DNA of 64,000 nucleotides from the NCBI GenBank assembly GCA_963693365.1, contig CAVNZM010000012.1, positions 9,211,056-9,275,055 of the forward strand, read 5' to 3'. How positions within the stretch are numbered: position 1 is the first letter of the stretch; each line of letters begins with the position of its first letter. The notes beneath the pieces are model-generated. The model did no database searches. It saw only the letters and a list, made by a program, of their open reading frames with translations, and was not told where the DNA came from. Of the stretch, positions 1-12,727 are shown in pieces. Source of the stretch: Amoebidium appalachense (lineage: Eukaryota; Protista; Ichthyosporea). Position numbers and translations under genes: made by a program.

Positions 1-136
1 ATGGTTCAATTCTTAGGTCAGAGTGAGTCCTATTGGTGCGGACATAATATTTATGTGATATTCATGACAAAGCACGAATCGTGTGCTAGTAGATCACATT
101 CTTTAGTAAACATGTACAGTTCATGTGTACAGTTGT

Positions 137-400
137 TTACAGGTTGTCCCTGTTACCACGGGGGTAAGGGGAACTTGAACGGGGGCCGGGTGACTTGGAA
201 GACTGACGATGATCACGGGGACGGGACGGGGAGCGGTGAGGTGTACTCTCACGGCGAGGGATACGGTTACGGAGGTCACCGGGCGGGAGCATTCTGCTCT
301 GAAGTGCTCGAAGAGGACGGTTGTTGACGGTTGCACCAGTGCCTGCGTCGATGAGGCCGGCACATTGCGGAAGGTTGATGTACGACGGTTTGTCAGTCAT
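137..400 (-). CDS. 87-aa mini-Gag: copia gag N-terminal peptide fused in frame to the RS-rich linker
   Basis: MTDKPSYINL matches family A MSEKPAYLNL; GLIDAG...RALQSRM...DLRNRIPRR...SPYP matches family A GLIDSG...RALQSRV...DLRHRIPRR...SPYP. The ~200-aa capsid region between them is absent. Confidence 0.7.
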   Translation of the reverse strand: MTDKPSYINLPQCAGLIDAGTGATVNNRPLRALQSRMLPPGDLRNRIPRRESTPHRSPSRPRDHRQSSKSPGPRSSSPYPRGNRDNL

Positions 401-453
401 GGTTGAGGCAGTATGTACGGAGGACTTTCGCGGTTGTAACGAGATTGTGTGTT

Positions 454-476
454 AGCGTGCAAAGGGGCCGTAAACC
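454..476 (-). promoter_or_regulatory. Primer-binding site of copia C (5' half of tRNA-iMet, bulged)
   Basis: Minus strand GGTTTACGGCCC-CTTT-GCACGCT immediately after the LTR end ...AATAACA; tRNAi complement is GGTTATGGGCCCA-GCACGCT. Confidence 0.8.
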
Positions 477-1254
477 TGTTATTTTGTGTGGGTAAACGGA
501 GAAGCAGAGAGCACAGATGGGTGTTATGTTATACACAACACAGAGACACACGGGAGAAACACAACCGGAGAGGTGGAACGGTTTCTGGGACCATAGGAAA
601 TGATTTCAACTGCTTCATTTTTATTTCAAGATGAAGTTCCTTTTATACCCGGGAATGTGAAATCGATAAGCCAATCAAAAGAACGAAAACTCTTTTATCC
701 AATCAGAAAGACGAAAACTATGAGGGTAAAATAAATCGATCGAAATGCCTGTCGACACATAGAAGATAAAACACAATCTTCTAATGAAAGTAATCTTCTA
801 ATGAAAGTACGGAAACGTTTAACAAAATGAAACCACTTTTGTATCTATTAGTTCACATCATATATTTATACATGTTCTTGACATAACACGTCTAAATATA
901 AGTATTCCTAATAGCTGGGGAACATAGAGCAATTCTACGTCGTGGGAAAAGAAGGAAAAGGAATGAGGATAGAAAGGAATGGAATGGGAAAGGAATGTAG
1001 GTTACTATATTTGGGAAAATACAACGAGATCTGATTGGACAACTTATTTAGACATTGACGCAAACAACAATACGTGTGCGCGGGCTAAATAGCTCGATGT
1101 GTACACAGATCTAAGATATCTGTGCACACGGAAACGGAAAGGAAAGAAAGAAAGGAAGAGAGGAAAAAGGGAAAAGGAAACGACCAACAACAAACTAATA
1201 AACATGTGTAAAACTCAACTTCTAAGTCTTGCCGTTAATCATGGGTAGATGACA
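477..1254 (-). repeat. 5' LTR of copia family C
   Basis: TGTCATC...TAACA termini; similar along its length to two other copies in the window. Confidence 0.92.
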
Positions 1255-1989
1255 CAAACCCCCAACCGCCCTGGCCCGCAACCCGGCCTGGCAAAACCGG
1301 TCCGACCCGTGGATCTACCCGCGACACACTGCAGGAATTTCCACATTAACGGTCGGTCCTGCGCTAAGCAGCCCTGCCCCTTCTCCCACGTGTGCCCGCT
1401 CTGCTCTGGCACACACCCCCGCAAAGACTGCAAGCACAATGCCTAGTCTACGCGCACACCCACACACACAGATAGAACATAGGGGCTAGGAGCTAGGACA
1501 CACGGGTACAAGGAAACGGAGCTCGGGAGAACGGGCCAATAGGGCTGAGTACAAATTTTCGCAGGCCAACTACGGCGCCCGCCCGCGCCAAGAAAAAATG
1601 TCCCTACACAAAGACGTTATTCTGGCCACTGCACATAATTTTACTCCCCCCCCATCCCATGAGCCTCCCCCCCCCCTTACACTCACCTAGCACTCCCTCC
1701 CCCCCTTCTTCTACCTCTGTGTCCGCCCACACCCCCGCGTGCCCGGGCATCCCCTGCACAGGGCCCCGCTGCCCTCCCTGCAAACCCTCCCTCGGGCTCA
1801 GCTGCCCTACTCTGACCGCCCCTGGGCCCTGCTGCCCTCCCCCCCCCCCTCCCCCCCCCTCCCCCCCCTCCCCCCCCCCTCCCCCCCCCCCCCCCCACCC
1901 CACCCCCCGCTGCCGGGATCTCCCCGAGGGTGCCCCACCCTTGCTAACCACACCTTCCCCCGAGGCTCAGACCCGGAGGCCCGCCCGCT

Positions 1990-2914
1990 TGTTAAATTGT
2001 ATAAGTATTTGGGATGTAAGCAGAGACACAGTGGTGCAGTGTGAAAACACCACAGACACACACAACAACAAAACACGGAACGATCGGAGCAGTGTACACA
2101 ACAGACATCAATGTTTAGACACGACTGAACTGAATTTATTCTGATCTTCGAATAAATACCTGAAATTCTTCTAAGTCCAATCCATACATGATTTCCGACC
2201 AGTCGGAAATCAGATCTATCTCTAATAGAAACCAATCACTAAGAACCAATTGCTTTCAGAGAGATCCGGTACGCGGAGACGTACACGATAGGACACAGAC
2301 ACTAGTTAAGGTCAACTCGTGTCATCATCAAGGAAGTTCTAACCTATGACATACTGCAAAGACTCAGACATATCACACTTAACCTTGATGATTGGTTAAA
2401 GCCCGGCAACACATGAAAACTAAAGTAAATTAATGAAGTCTAAACACACATGCTATTCTAAGTGTAGCCTAAGTGTGTTACCGTCCAATGAACACGTATT
2501 AAGTAACACAAATCTACCTAACATATATTAGTAGAAAAGAAATACGATTATACACATGAAGACAAGGAGAGAAAGAAAAGAAAATAAGGAAGGAGAAAGA
2601 GGAAGGAAAAGAGAGCACAGATCAACAAACAAGATAGTAATAGCATAACTATAGCCAGAGATATTTATGTACACACGAACATGTACACGTCTCTCCCTGA
2701 GTGGGTGGATCCGTGTACACACATATAAATATTCTAATCGATATTACAACACACGATTAAAGCCGATACAACACGATTACAAGTATACAAGCATATCGGA
2801 GATCGATGCTACACTTTACATAATAGGAGTGTGGCATATACACTAAGCATATGAACTGAAACATAACACAAACTGAGAAGATCTTACCATATGTAAATAC
2901 TACGTATTACAACA
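1990..2914 (-). repeat. 3' LTR of copia B copy 1
   Basis: TG...CA termini, adjacent PPT, near-identical to 14942-15178 and 18015-18913; contains the palindrome GATTTCCGAC-CA-GTCGGAAATC at ~2190-2211. Confidence 0.93.
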
Positions 2915-3354
2915 TCCCCACTTAAGACTTTGAAGTTTGTGTTATCATATCCCCACTGAACTAGTGAAATCTCCCCACTTGAGAACAGAAACGAAAAAAA
3001 ACAAGAAAAAAAATAAAGTGTGTACTTTTCCGGGGGGGGGGGGGGGGGGGGGGAAGGGGGGGGGGGGGGGGAAGGGGGGGGGGGGGGGGGGAGAAGGGGG
3101 GAGGGGGGGGGGGGGGGGGGAAAGGGGGGGGGGAAGGGACCGGGGCAAAAACAACGAATATATATAACGTATATAGTCGGGGTTTGATTAACTGGGTTTT
3201 AAACAAGTGAAAGATAGAGTAGAGTCGCGGTACAGGTCAAACCTTATATAAAAACCCTAAGTGGGCATACCCACAAAGGCAATATACATATGAAATAATG
3301 ATTATGATAAAGTAAGAAGTAAACATTAGAAAATCACTCTTGAAGTAGGACGGG

Positions 3355-5603
3355 TCAATCCACAATATCCGGCAAACAAAGTCGGGCACGATGGGTGACA
3401 TGACTCGGGCCGGGGAGGGGTTTGGTGAGGATGTCAGCTAAGTTGTGGGCTGACTCAACGTAGTGGACAACCACATCCCCACTTGCAATGTAGTCCTTGG
3501 TGTTGTGATACCGGACGGCAATGTGTTTGGTACGGTGCTTGATGCCGGTGGAGTTGACAATGGCAATGGTCGACTGGTTGTCACAGTACACCGGGGTCGG
3601 AGCAAGCATGGGGCAGCCGAGTTCCTTGAAGAGGTCACGGACCCAAGCAACTTCTTGGGTACCAGCATTGAGAGCAATCAGCTCAGCTTCAGTGGTGCTG
3701 GTGGCCGTGATGGGCTGGAGCTTGGAGTACCAGATGATGGGCATACCAGCAAACTCGATGATGTAGCCGGTGGTAGACTTCTTGCTGTCGGCACAACCAG
3801 CAAAGTCAGCATCCGTGTAGCATTCGAGTATGGGGGGCTGGGTGGCCGAGTACTTGTAGTCAATGCCAAGGTCATGGGTGCCGAGCAGGTACCGGGCCAC
3901 ACGACGGAGAAGGTCCCAGTGAGTCTTGCCGGGGTTGGTGCTGAACCGACCAAGGAAGCCGATGGCATAGGCAATGTCGGGACGTGTGCACCGGGCCACC
4001 CAGAGGAGACGGCCGAGTAACTCACGGTAGGGCACGGTTGGGGGGGGCAGTCAGCCAGGGAGACGGTGGTGCCTGCAGGGATGGGGGTAGACTTGGACTT
4101 GGCATCGGTGAGGTTGAAGTCGTGGATGATATCCATGATGTAAGACCTCTGGTGCATGTGGAGGTGATGGGGATCAGAGTGATTAAAATCAACACCGAGC
4201 ATACGGTCAAATGGACTCATACGACAGCTGGCCATCTTGCTGATGTGGGCAGCCAGGTCACTAGCAGCAGTAGAACCCCGGGTGTTGGTGATGGTGGAGT
4301 CGTCGACGTAGTTACCAGCCCGAACCACATCGTTGTTGGGGAAGAACCGGAGGTAGATGCACGGGTCTGTCTTAGTACGGGTCAGGCCATGGGCAAGAAG
4401 AATGCCGTCGAGGAAGTCGTACCAAGCCTTGGAGGCTTGCTTGAGGCCGTACAGGGCTTTCTTGAGTCTCCAGACCTTGCCAAGTGTGGCCATGGTGATG
4501 AATCCCGGGGGTTGTTTCATGTAGATGGTCTCGGTGAGTGGGCTGTTGAGAAAGGCCGTAGACACGTCGAGTTGATGGATGTCATGACCTTCAACAACGG
4601 CCAGAGCTAGGATAGCACGGAGAGCAGCCGGACGGATGACAGGGCTCTCAATCAACTCATAGTCAACACCGTATTGCTGACTGAAGCCTTGAGCAACACC
4701 ACGGGCCTTGATCTTGGTGTCACCAGCCGAGTTGAGAGTTTTCTCGGAGACAATCCACTTGAAGCCGACGATGTTAGCACCAGGGGGAGGGTCAACAAGT
4801 TCAAAGATGTCTTTGTCGACGAAGGCTTGATACTCAGCAGTGAGGGCTGACTTGACCTGGTCACCATTGGGTCCGGAACACAGTTGACGGACAAGTTTGG
4901 GTAGTTGGTCGATGTTGATGGGGGGACCGGGGGGGACTGGCAGGGTGGTGGTGGCTTGAAGTCCAACCTTGCCCTGTAGACGGGCAGAACGACGGGGTAC
5001 AGGAACCGGGGGAGGTGGAGACGGGGGGGGGGGAACTTGGAAGTTCGGAATTGCAGGGGGGGCAACCTCCGGGCTGGACGGGGCCGAGTGGAAGTTGTCG
5101 GGGGAGCCGGGTCGGATGGGTGTGACGTTGCCAGGGGCAGGATGAGGGTCGGCAGGCTGGACGGGCACGGGGGCAGGGGGGCCTGTGGGGGGGGGGTGTC
5201 GGGGGAACGACGATGGCAGGAGGGGGGCCAGAGTACACCAGACAAACATCATCTTCAGTGTCAACTGTGGGGGGTGGGGTGGTCGAGGTAGCAGTGGTGT
5301 CGGGGGTCGGAAGTGTTGATGGAATGTCGGACGGGAGATAAGCTGATTCGTCAAAAATCACATCACGGAAGAGGCCGACACGATGGGTGGTGGGGTTGAA
5401 GATCCGGTGGCAGTGTGATTGAAGATCATAGCCGATATACATGCCGAGTTTGACGGTGGGGGCCAGCTTGTTCCGTTTAGAGGCTGGCACATGAGTGTAG
5501 GCAGGGCAACCGAACACTTTGAGCTCGGAGATGTCGGGCTTGACACCGTAGAAAACCTCGAATGGTGTACGACCATTGGTAGTCGTGGACGGGGTGACGT
5601 TGA
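3355..5603 (-). pseudogene. copia B1 pol 3' part (integrase C-terminus, RT, RNase H), frameshifted
   Basis: Motifs HQLDVSTAFLN, LYGLKQ, YVDD, YTDADFA, YCDN, ADILTK. A 7-nt deletion near 4035 relative to copy 2 and a short G-run near 5190 break the frame. Confidence 0.92.
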
Positions 5604-6551
<948 letters not shown>

Positions 6552-6576
6552 GGTTAAAGGCCCATTTTCGCACGCT
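6552..6576 (+). promoter_or_regulatory. Primer-binding site of copia A (half tRNA-iMet, bulged)
   Basis: GGTTAAAGGCCCA-TTTTC-GCACGCT directly after the LTR. Confidence 0.85.
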
Positions 6577-6669
6577 CTCGCAACACATACTCTCGCTGCA
6601 ATCAAAAATATTCAAATTTGAATACCGATCTGATTCCTCTCTCACGCATCATCTGACTGATTGATCACC

Positions 6670-9600
6670 ATGTCGGAGAAACCTGCGTATCTCAACCTCA
6701 CCCCCTGGAAAGGGGATGACACCACGGACAAGAAGTCCGGCAAACGTCTCACCTATTATGAGTGGGAACCCGTCATCTTCCGGTACCTACGTACCACCAC
6801 CGCGGCCAAGTTAGTGCCCGTCATCAAGGCCCCCGAGTGGGTCGACCCTTCCGACGAGAATGAGTGGCACGGCTACGACACTGAGGAGGCCTACACCGAG
6901 GCTTCCAACCTCCTTGAACAGATGTTTACTCAACTCGTCTCCAATGATGAGCTGTATAACTCTGGTCAAATCCACGATGATGTGTCACCTGCCCAAGCTT
7001 TCCACAACCTCCGTATGACCCATGCGGCTGAACGTGAAGATCGTGCTCGTCAAATCCTCCTCGACTACCATGAGCTTGAACTCAAAGACTTCAAGACCGT
7101 CACGGCCTACCTCACCATGGCACGCCGTCTGTGCACTACCCTGCACATCCTCGAAGAGCCCATTCCTCACAAGACTATGGTTGATAACTTCTTCATCCAC
7201 CTCAAGAAGAACCGTAAGTTAGTTTGTACCGACATCCAGGCCATGATTGCCGACTACTTCCGTCGTACCATTAACTACGAGACCTACAACCGTCTAATCA
7301 GTGACATCCGAGCTGCAGAGATCCGTGAAGGTCTCATCGACTCTGGGTCCGGGTCCTCCTCCACCGTCCGAACAGCACGTGCCCTGCAAAGCCGTGTACT
7401 CACCAAGGACGACCTCAGACACCGGATCCCCCGACGTGACAGCTCCGTCTCCCGTCACCCCCGCGGTCGTCCCACCGATCGATCCCCCTCAGTTGACCGT
7501 GATTACTCACGGTCCCGTTCCCCCGGCTATCGTTCCCGGTCACCCTACCCCCCACGTAAAGGGGGTAACCGTCATTCCCAGCCACCCCGAGCCAAGACAA
7601 CTGGCTCCCTCGACTGTGCCTACTGTCACGAAGACCATCATGTCACACAGTGTGACAAACCTGGCTGCTCAATTGCCCGTCGTCACCGTGCCAACACCAA
7701 GTCTGGAAAAGAGGTGCATTTTGCCCTCGTGTCCACCACGGCCTCCCTACCCATGGACCCCTGCTGGGACTCGGCTTCAAACGTCCACGTGTGCCCAGTA
7801 AAAGAGTACTTCTCTACTCTTGAGCCATGCCCACCGACTGACGTCCACGGCCTCGGCATCGTCACTGCACATCACCGTGGTGTCATCAACCTGGCCGTCA
7901 CCTACAACGGCGTAACATCAGTACTGAGCCTCAACACCCTCTATGTACCCGACTCCCCAGCCTTCCTGATATCACCCTCAATGGCCTCCAAGTCGGGTCT
8001 CCTTGCCCACCTCGATGATGAGGATGCATTCCCATCATACCTCTACACTCGTGGTGGCAACATCGTGTGTTCCCTCACAGGCACAGATGGACTGTACTTC
8101 ATCACTGACTATGAGATACGTCCCTCCATCCCTCGAACCGTCACTGCTCTGGTAGCCAACGTCAAGGTCAACAATGATCCTCAGCTCTGGCACCACCGTC
8201 TCGGCCATCGTGCCCTGTCCACCCTCACCAAGATGGTGAGAGGTGACCTCGTGACAGGCCTCCCCTCATCCCTCTCAGTGGCTGACACCACTGACTGCTT
8301 CGGTTGTGTCTCCGGCAAGACCACCAAGGCCCCATTCTCCGGCACCAGAACCCAGTGCCCCTTCCCCGGTGCCAAATGGCACATGGACTTCTTCGAGCCT
8401 CCCTGTGCCTCCTATGGTGGCTACAAGGTGGCCCTCGTGTGTACCTGTGATGCCTCCGGCTACACCATCGTGTACCTCCTCCGTGATAGATCCGAAACTC
8501 TCGAATACGTCAAGGCCCTGGTTGAGACTACTGACAAGCAACCCGACAAGGTGGTGACCCACTTCCGTTCAGACTCTGGGTCCGAGTTCACCTCCCATGC
8601 TATGGAGCAGTACTGTCAGTCCAAGGGCATCATTCAGGAATTTGCCCCGGTTGACTGCCCCCAACTCAACGGCTTCGTTGAACGTAAGATGAGGGATCTG
8701 CAGGAGATCGTTCGGTGCTTCCTTCATCAGGACAAAGCCGACTCCCTTTCCCCCAAGCTGTGGGGAGCTGCTCTCAAGCATGCTGCCTACATCATCAACG
8801 TGACCCCGGCCAGAGCTGCCAATGGCCGTACACCGTTTGAAATTTTCTACGGTGTCAAGCCTGACATCTCCCACCTGCACGTGTTTGGCTGCCCAGCCTA
8901 TGTACACGTCCCTGCATCCAAACGAGACAAGTTGGCCTCTACCGTCAAACTCGGCACCTACGTGGGCTGGGATATCACCAACAAAGCCCACAAGATCATG
9001 AATCTACGTGGCAACACGGTCAACCTCTACCGCGATGTCGTCTTCGACGAATCACAATTCACCACGGCATCCAATCAGATTTCTGTGCAGGCCACCAATC
9101 AGACGACCTCAATCGATTCATCCCTGCATTCCGGAAATTCCAATTCCGATGACGATGAAATTCCGTCGGTGATTATCCGTCGTTCCCCCCGTCGTGTACC
9201 TGCCCCCGTGGCTCCACCCCCCCCCCCCCCCCCACCGGTCAGCAACCCCTGCTGCCGGCCCCTGCCGTCAATGACCACGTACCTGGTCATCTCACCCCGG
9301 TTCGTCCTGGGTCTCCGGAGTTCCACTCGGCCCCGTCCAGCCCCGTGTTATCCGACTCCCCCCTCAACACGGCACCCATCCCTGGCTTCCAGGCCCCCAT
9401 CCCCGACCACCGAGTGTCTGTCCCAGACAACCCCCCGGCCCCTGAGCCCCTCCGTACCGTTCCCCGTCGTTCCTCCCGTCTCTCCTCCCGGCCTGCTATG
9501 GCTATGGTGAGCATCTCCCGACCCAGCCTTGATGTGTCTCAGCTGCCCCGGTCAATTCAGAAGCTGTGCTCTGGCACCAAGGGTGATGAAGTGGTGACTG

Positions 9601-11096
9601 CCCTCACTGCCGAATACAAGGCTTTCATCGACAAGGACATCTTCGACGTAGTTGAGGCCCCCTCCGATGCCAACATCATCCGATTCAAGTGGATTGTCAC
9701 GGAGAAGGTCCTCAACTCTGCTGGTGACACCAAGATCAAGGGTCGTGGTGTGGCCAAGGGTTTCACCCAAGTCTACGGTGTTGACTACGGTGAAAACTCT
9801 TCCTCCGTCGTCATGTCCTCCTCCGTCCGTGCCCTGCTTGCCCTCGGTGTGCAACAGGACCACGAGATCCATCAACTCGACATCAGCACGGCCTTCCTCA
9901 ACAGCCCCCTCGACGAGACTTTGTACATGGAGCAACCTCCTGGTTTTATCCTCCCTGGCAATGAACACAAAGTCTGGAAACTCAAGAAGGCCCTCTACGG
10001 ACTCAAGCAGGCATCCCTGGCATGGTACGAGTTCTTCAACTCCATTCTCATTGCCCACGGCCTCACCCGTCTCCGTTCCGACCCGTGTGTCTACTTCCGT
10101 CAGTTCCCCAACGGGCACATCATCCGTTCGGACAACTACGTTGATGATGCCATCATCACCTGCACACGGAACTCCACCATCATGCAGGGGCTTGTTCGTC
10201 ACATCACGAAGTCTGCCGAGTGCAAGGTTGGTCTGCCAGACATCTTCCTCGGCACCCAACTGCTGTACACCCGTGACTCCCTAAAGCTGCTGCAGTCCTC
10301 CTACATCAAGGACATCGTCACCGACTTCAACCTGGTCGATGCCAAGCCTAAGGCCACCCCTATTCCCGTGGGCACCATCATCAACGAGACCTCCCTCTCA
10401 TCCCTGCCCACCACCGTCCCCTACCGTGAACTCCTCGGCCGTCTGCTGTGGGTTGCTCGGTGCTCCCGGCCTGACATCTCGTATGCCATTGGCTACCTCG
10501 GCCGATTCAGCTCCAAGCCCACCAAGACTGCCTGGGAGCAGAATCTCCTCCGTGTCGTTCGTTACCTGCTCGGCACCATCAACCTCGGCCTCTACTACAA
10601 GAAGAAGGCCCCCAACAGCAAGGTGCCCATCCTTGAGTGCTACTCGGATTCTGACTTTGCTGGTTGCCCCACCACCCGTCGTTCCACGTCTGGGTACGTC
10701 ATCCTCCTCGAAGGCTCCCCCGTCACCTACCACTCCAAGCTGCAGACGATCACTGCAACTTCCACGTGTGAGGCCGAGCTCCTGGCCCTCAATGCTGCCG
10801 TGCAAGATGTTGTCTGGCACCGTGATCTACTAAAGGAGCTGGGCTACCCCATGACCGAGCCCACCCCCGTGTACTGTGACAATCAGTCCACCATTGCTCT
10901 GGTCCACTCCAACACCATCAAGCACCGGACCAAGCACATTGCCGTTCGTTACTTCAACACCAAGGACTACATCAACAGTGGGGACGTCACTGTCACCTAC
11001 ATCGACACCAAGAAGAACCTGGCCGACATCTTCACCAAGCCTCTGGCTGGTCCGGCCCACGACACACACCGTGCCAACCTCAGTCTCCGTGACTGA
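6670..11096 (+). CDS. copia A Gag-Pol polyprotein (gag, CCHC knuckle, protease, integrase, RT, RNase H); one frame break in the C17 run at 9217-9233
   Basis: CAYCHEDHHVTQC, WDSASNVH, WHHRLGH...CFGC, HMD/RSDSGSEF/NGFVER, HQLDISTAFLN, LYGLKQ, YVDD, YSDSDFA, ADIFTK; copia domain order PR-IN-RT-RH. Adding one C restores a single ORF. Confidence 0.93.
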
Positions 11097-11813
11097 CCCA
11101 TGCACTGGTGTTCATCATCGAGTGGTTTCTGAGTAGGTTGGGGCCCTGGACAGCAGTTGACACACCTACGGTGATCAAGATGCCTCCCAACGAAAGTCTA
11201 CTACTCCTCATCGTTTCTCTTCATCAGTGGGGACTCAGTCTTCCATCGTCATATGTGTGCATCTTCAGTGGGGATTATTCTCCACCATCGTCGTTTATTT
11301 ATATTCATATCCCACCATATATATTGGTTTTCTTCTATATTCGACTTATATATATGTCGAACTGGGATGGCGTCCCAGTATAAATAATTATCTATAGCCA
11401 TGACGTGCTGGTTGACTGCCAGTCTAAACCTAGTCCACGGGATGCACCTTCCCCGTGTCTTAACTGGTTGACCACCAGTCTATAAATCAGTCCACAAGAT
11501 GTTCATGTCTTGTGTTTACCTGGGTGGTCCCCAGTATAAACCATTAGCCACCAACACGTCACACATACACTAGTGTTTCCTATATATATATATATATCGC
11601 CGATAACCACCATGATTTCTTATTTCGAGTCTTCAGAGGCAACCGTCGTTGTGTGCCTCTTCAGTTTTGATTTTCTCCTTCCCACCTCAAGGATCTTCGG
11701 TTTGCATCCTCGAGTGGGGAAACTTGAGTGTGACGGCCCCTCCTGTGTTTGGACCTCATCTACCGTCACATCAACAGACACGAGAACACAAACTTCAACC
11801 CCTTGAGTGGGGA

Positions 11814-11905
11814 TGTTGGAATACGTCACCATGTATGACAGCAAGAGCCTTGAAGTATGTATGTGTCCTAGCTTGTTTGTATTCGTGTCTGCTTTCCTCC
11901 TTTGT

Positions 11906-11975
<70 letters not shown>

Positions 11976-12722
11976 CCCCCCCCCCCCCCCCGTATCTCTC
12001 TCTCCCTTGTTTCTGTGGGCACAGATATCTGTAGATCTGTGCACACCTGGCTCTCTTGCCTGATAAGAACTTATTGTGTTTTTATTTCTATTTGCTCTCC
12101 TCTGTTTATCTGAGAGGTAGCGTGATTGGCTAGCCTCACTCGTTGTCTTTCCTTTATTTCAAAATGGCCTAGTTTTGTTCTCAAAAGGATGGCTCGCCAA
12201 TAGTCGCGAGCGAGTACATCTGTAGATTGTGTTGTGCATTCCTGTCTGTTAATATATGTGTGTTGTGATTGGACAATAGATATATATGGAATTCGGTTTA
12301 TTGCAAAGTGTCTTCACTTTGAGAGTGTCGACTATTAGGAAATATATGTATTTAAATAAGTTTCTTTATAGAGACGAACATAAATATATATGTGAGTTAA
12401 TAGTGACTAGATGTATAATTACTTAATTTATTTAAGTAAGAGTTTCTACACTTTAGTTTAATCGGAAGTTGGAATGCGTATGCTCTGTCGGAATGTGTTT
12501 TTCTATCTTCTGATAGAACCGATTGGTTCTCCCTCTTTAGTTGTGATAAGGTGATAAGTCGCAAGTACAAAAGGAACCGAGAGCACAATAAAGAATCAGT
12601 TGTTGTTTGAAATCTTTCAATGTCTCGTGAACAACTCCGATTGCCCTCTCATTAATGTGTTAGTCGTGTTTTACATGACACCTCTGTGCACTCTGCTCCC
12701 TTAGACCCGTACAAAAACAACA
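11814..12722 (+). repeat. 3' LTR of copia A
   Basis: Direct repeat of 5604-6551, preceded by PPT and followed by the TSD. Confidence 0.95.
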
Positions 12723-12727
12723 GTTGA

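Larger units (their letters stand above)
1..1254 (-). mobile_element. Ty1/copia family C element, internally deleted (non-autonomous) derivative; 5' LTR, PBS and mini-gag visible, 3' part runs off the window
   Basis: LTR 477-1254 (TG...CA) matches solo LTRs at 23677-29884 and 30422-31224. PBS at 454-476 is followed by a gag-like ORF similar to family A gag. Inserted into the gag end of Ngaro copy 1, which resumes at 1255. Confidence 0.85.

Noticed and set aside
3463-4610. Long antisense ORFs over copia and Ngaro coding regions
   Set aside because: Expected shadow of C-rich codon usage on the coding strand; no motifs.
9217-9233. Programmed frameshift between integrase and RT in all three copia copies
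   Set aside because: The breaks fall in C-runs whose offsets differ (-1 in A and B2, -2 in B1), which fits homopolymer slippage or sequencing error better.
11361-11552. CRISPR-like repeat-spacer array
   Set aside because: Units are degenerate, the spacers are related to each other, the context is a eukaryotic retrotransposon UTR and there are no cas genes.
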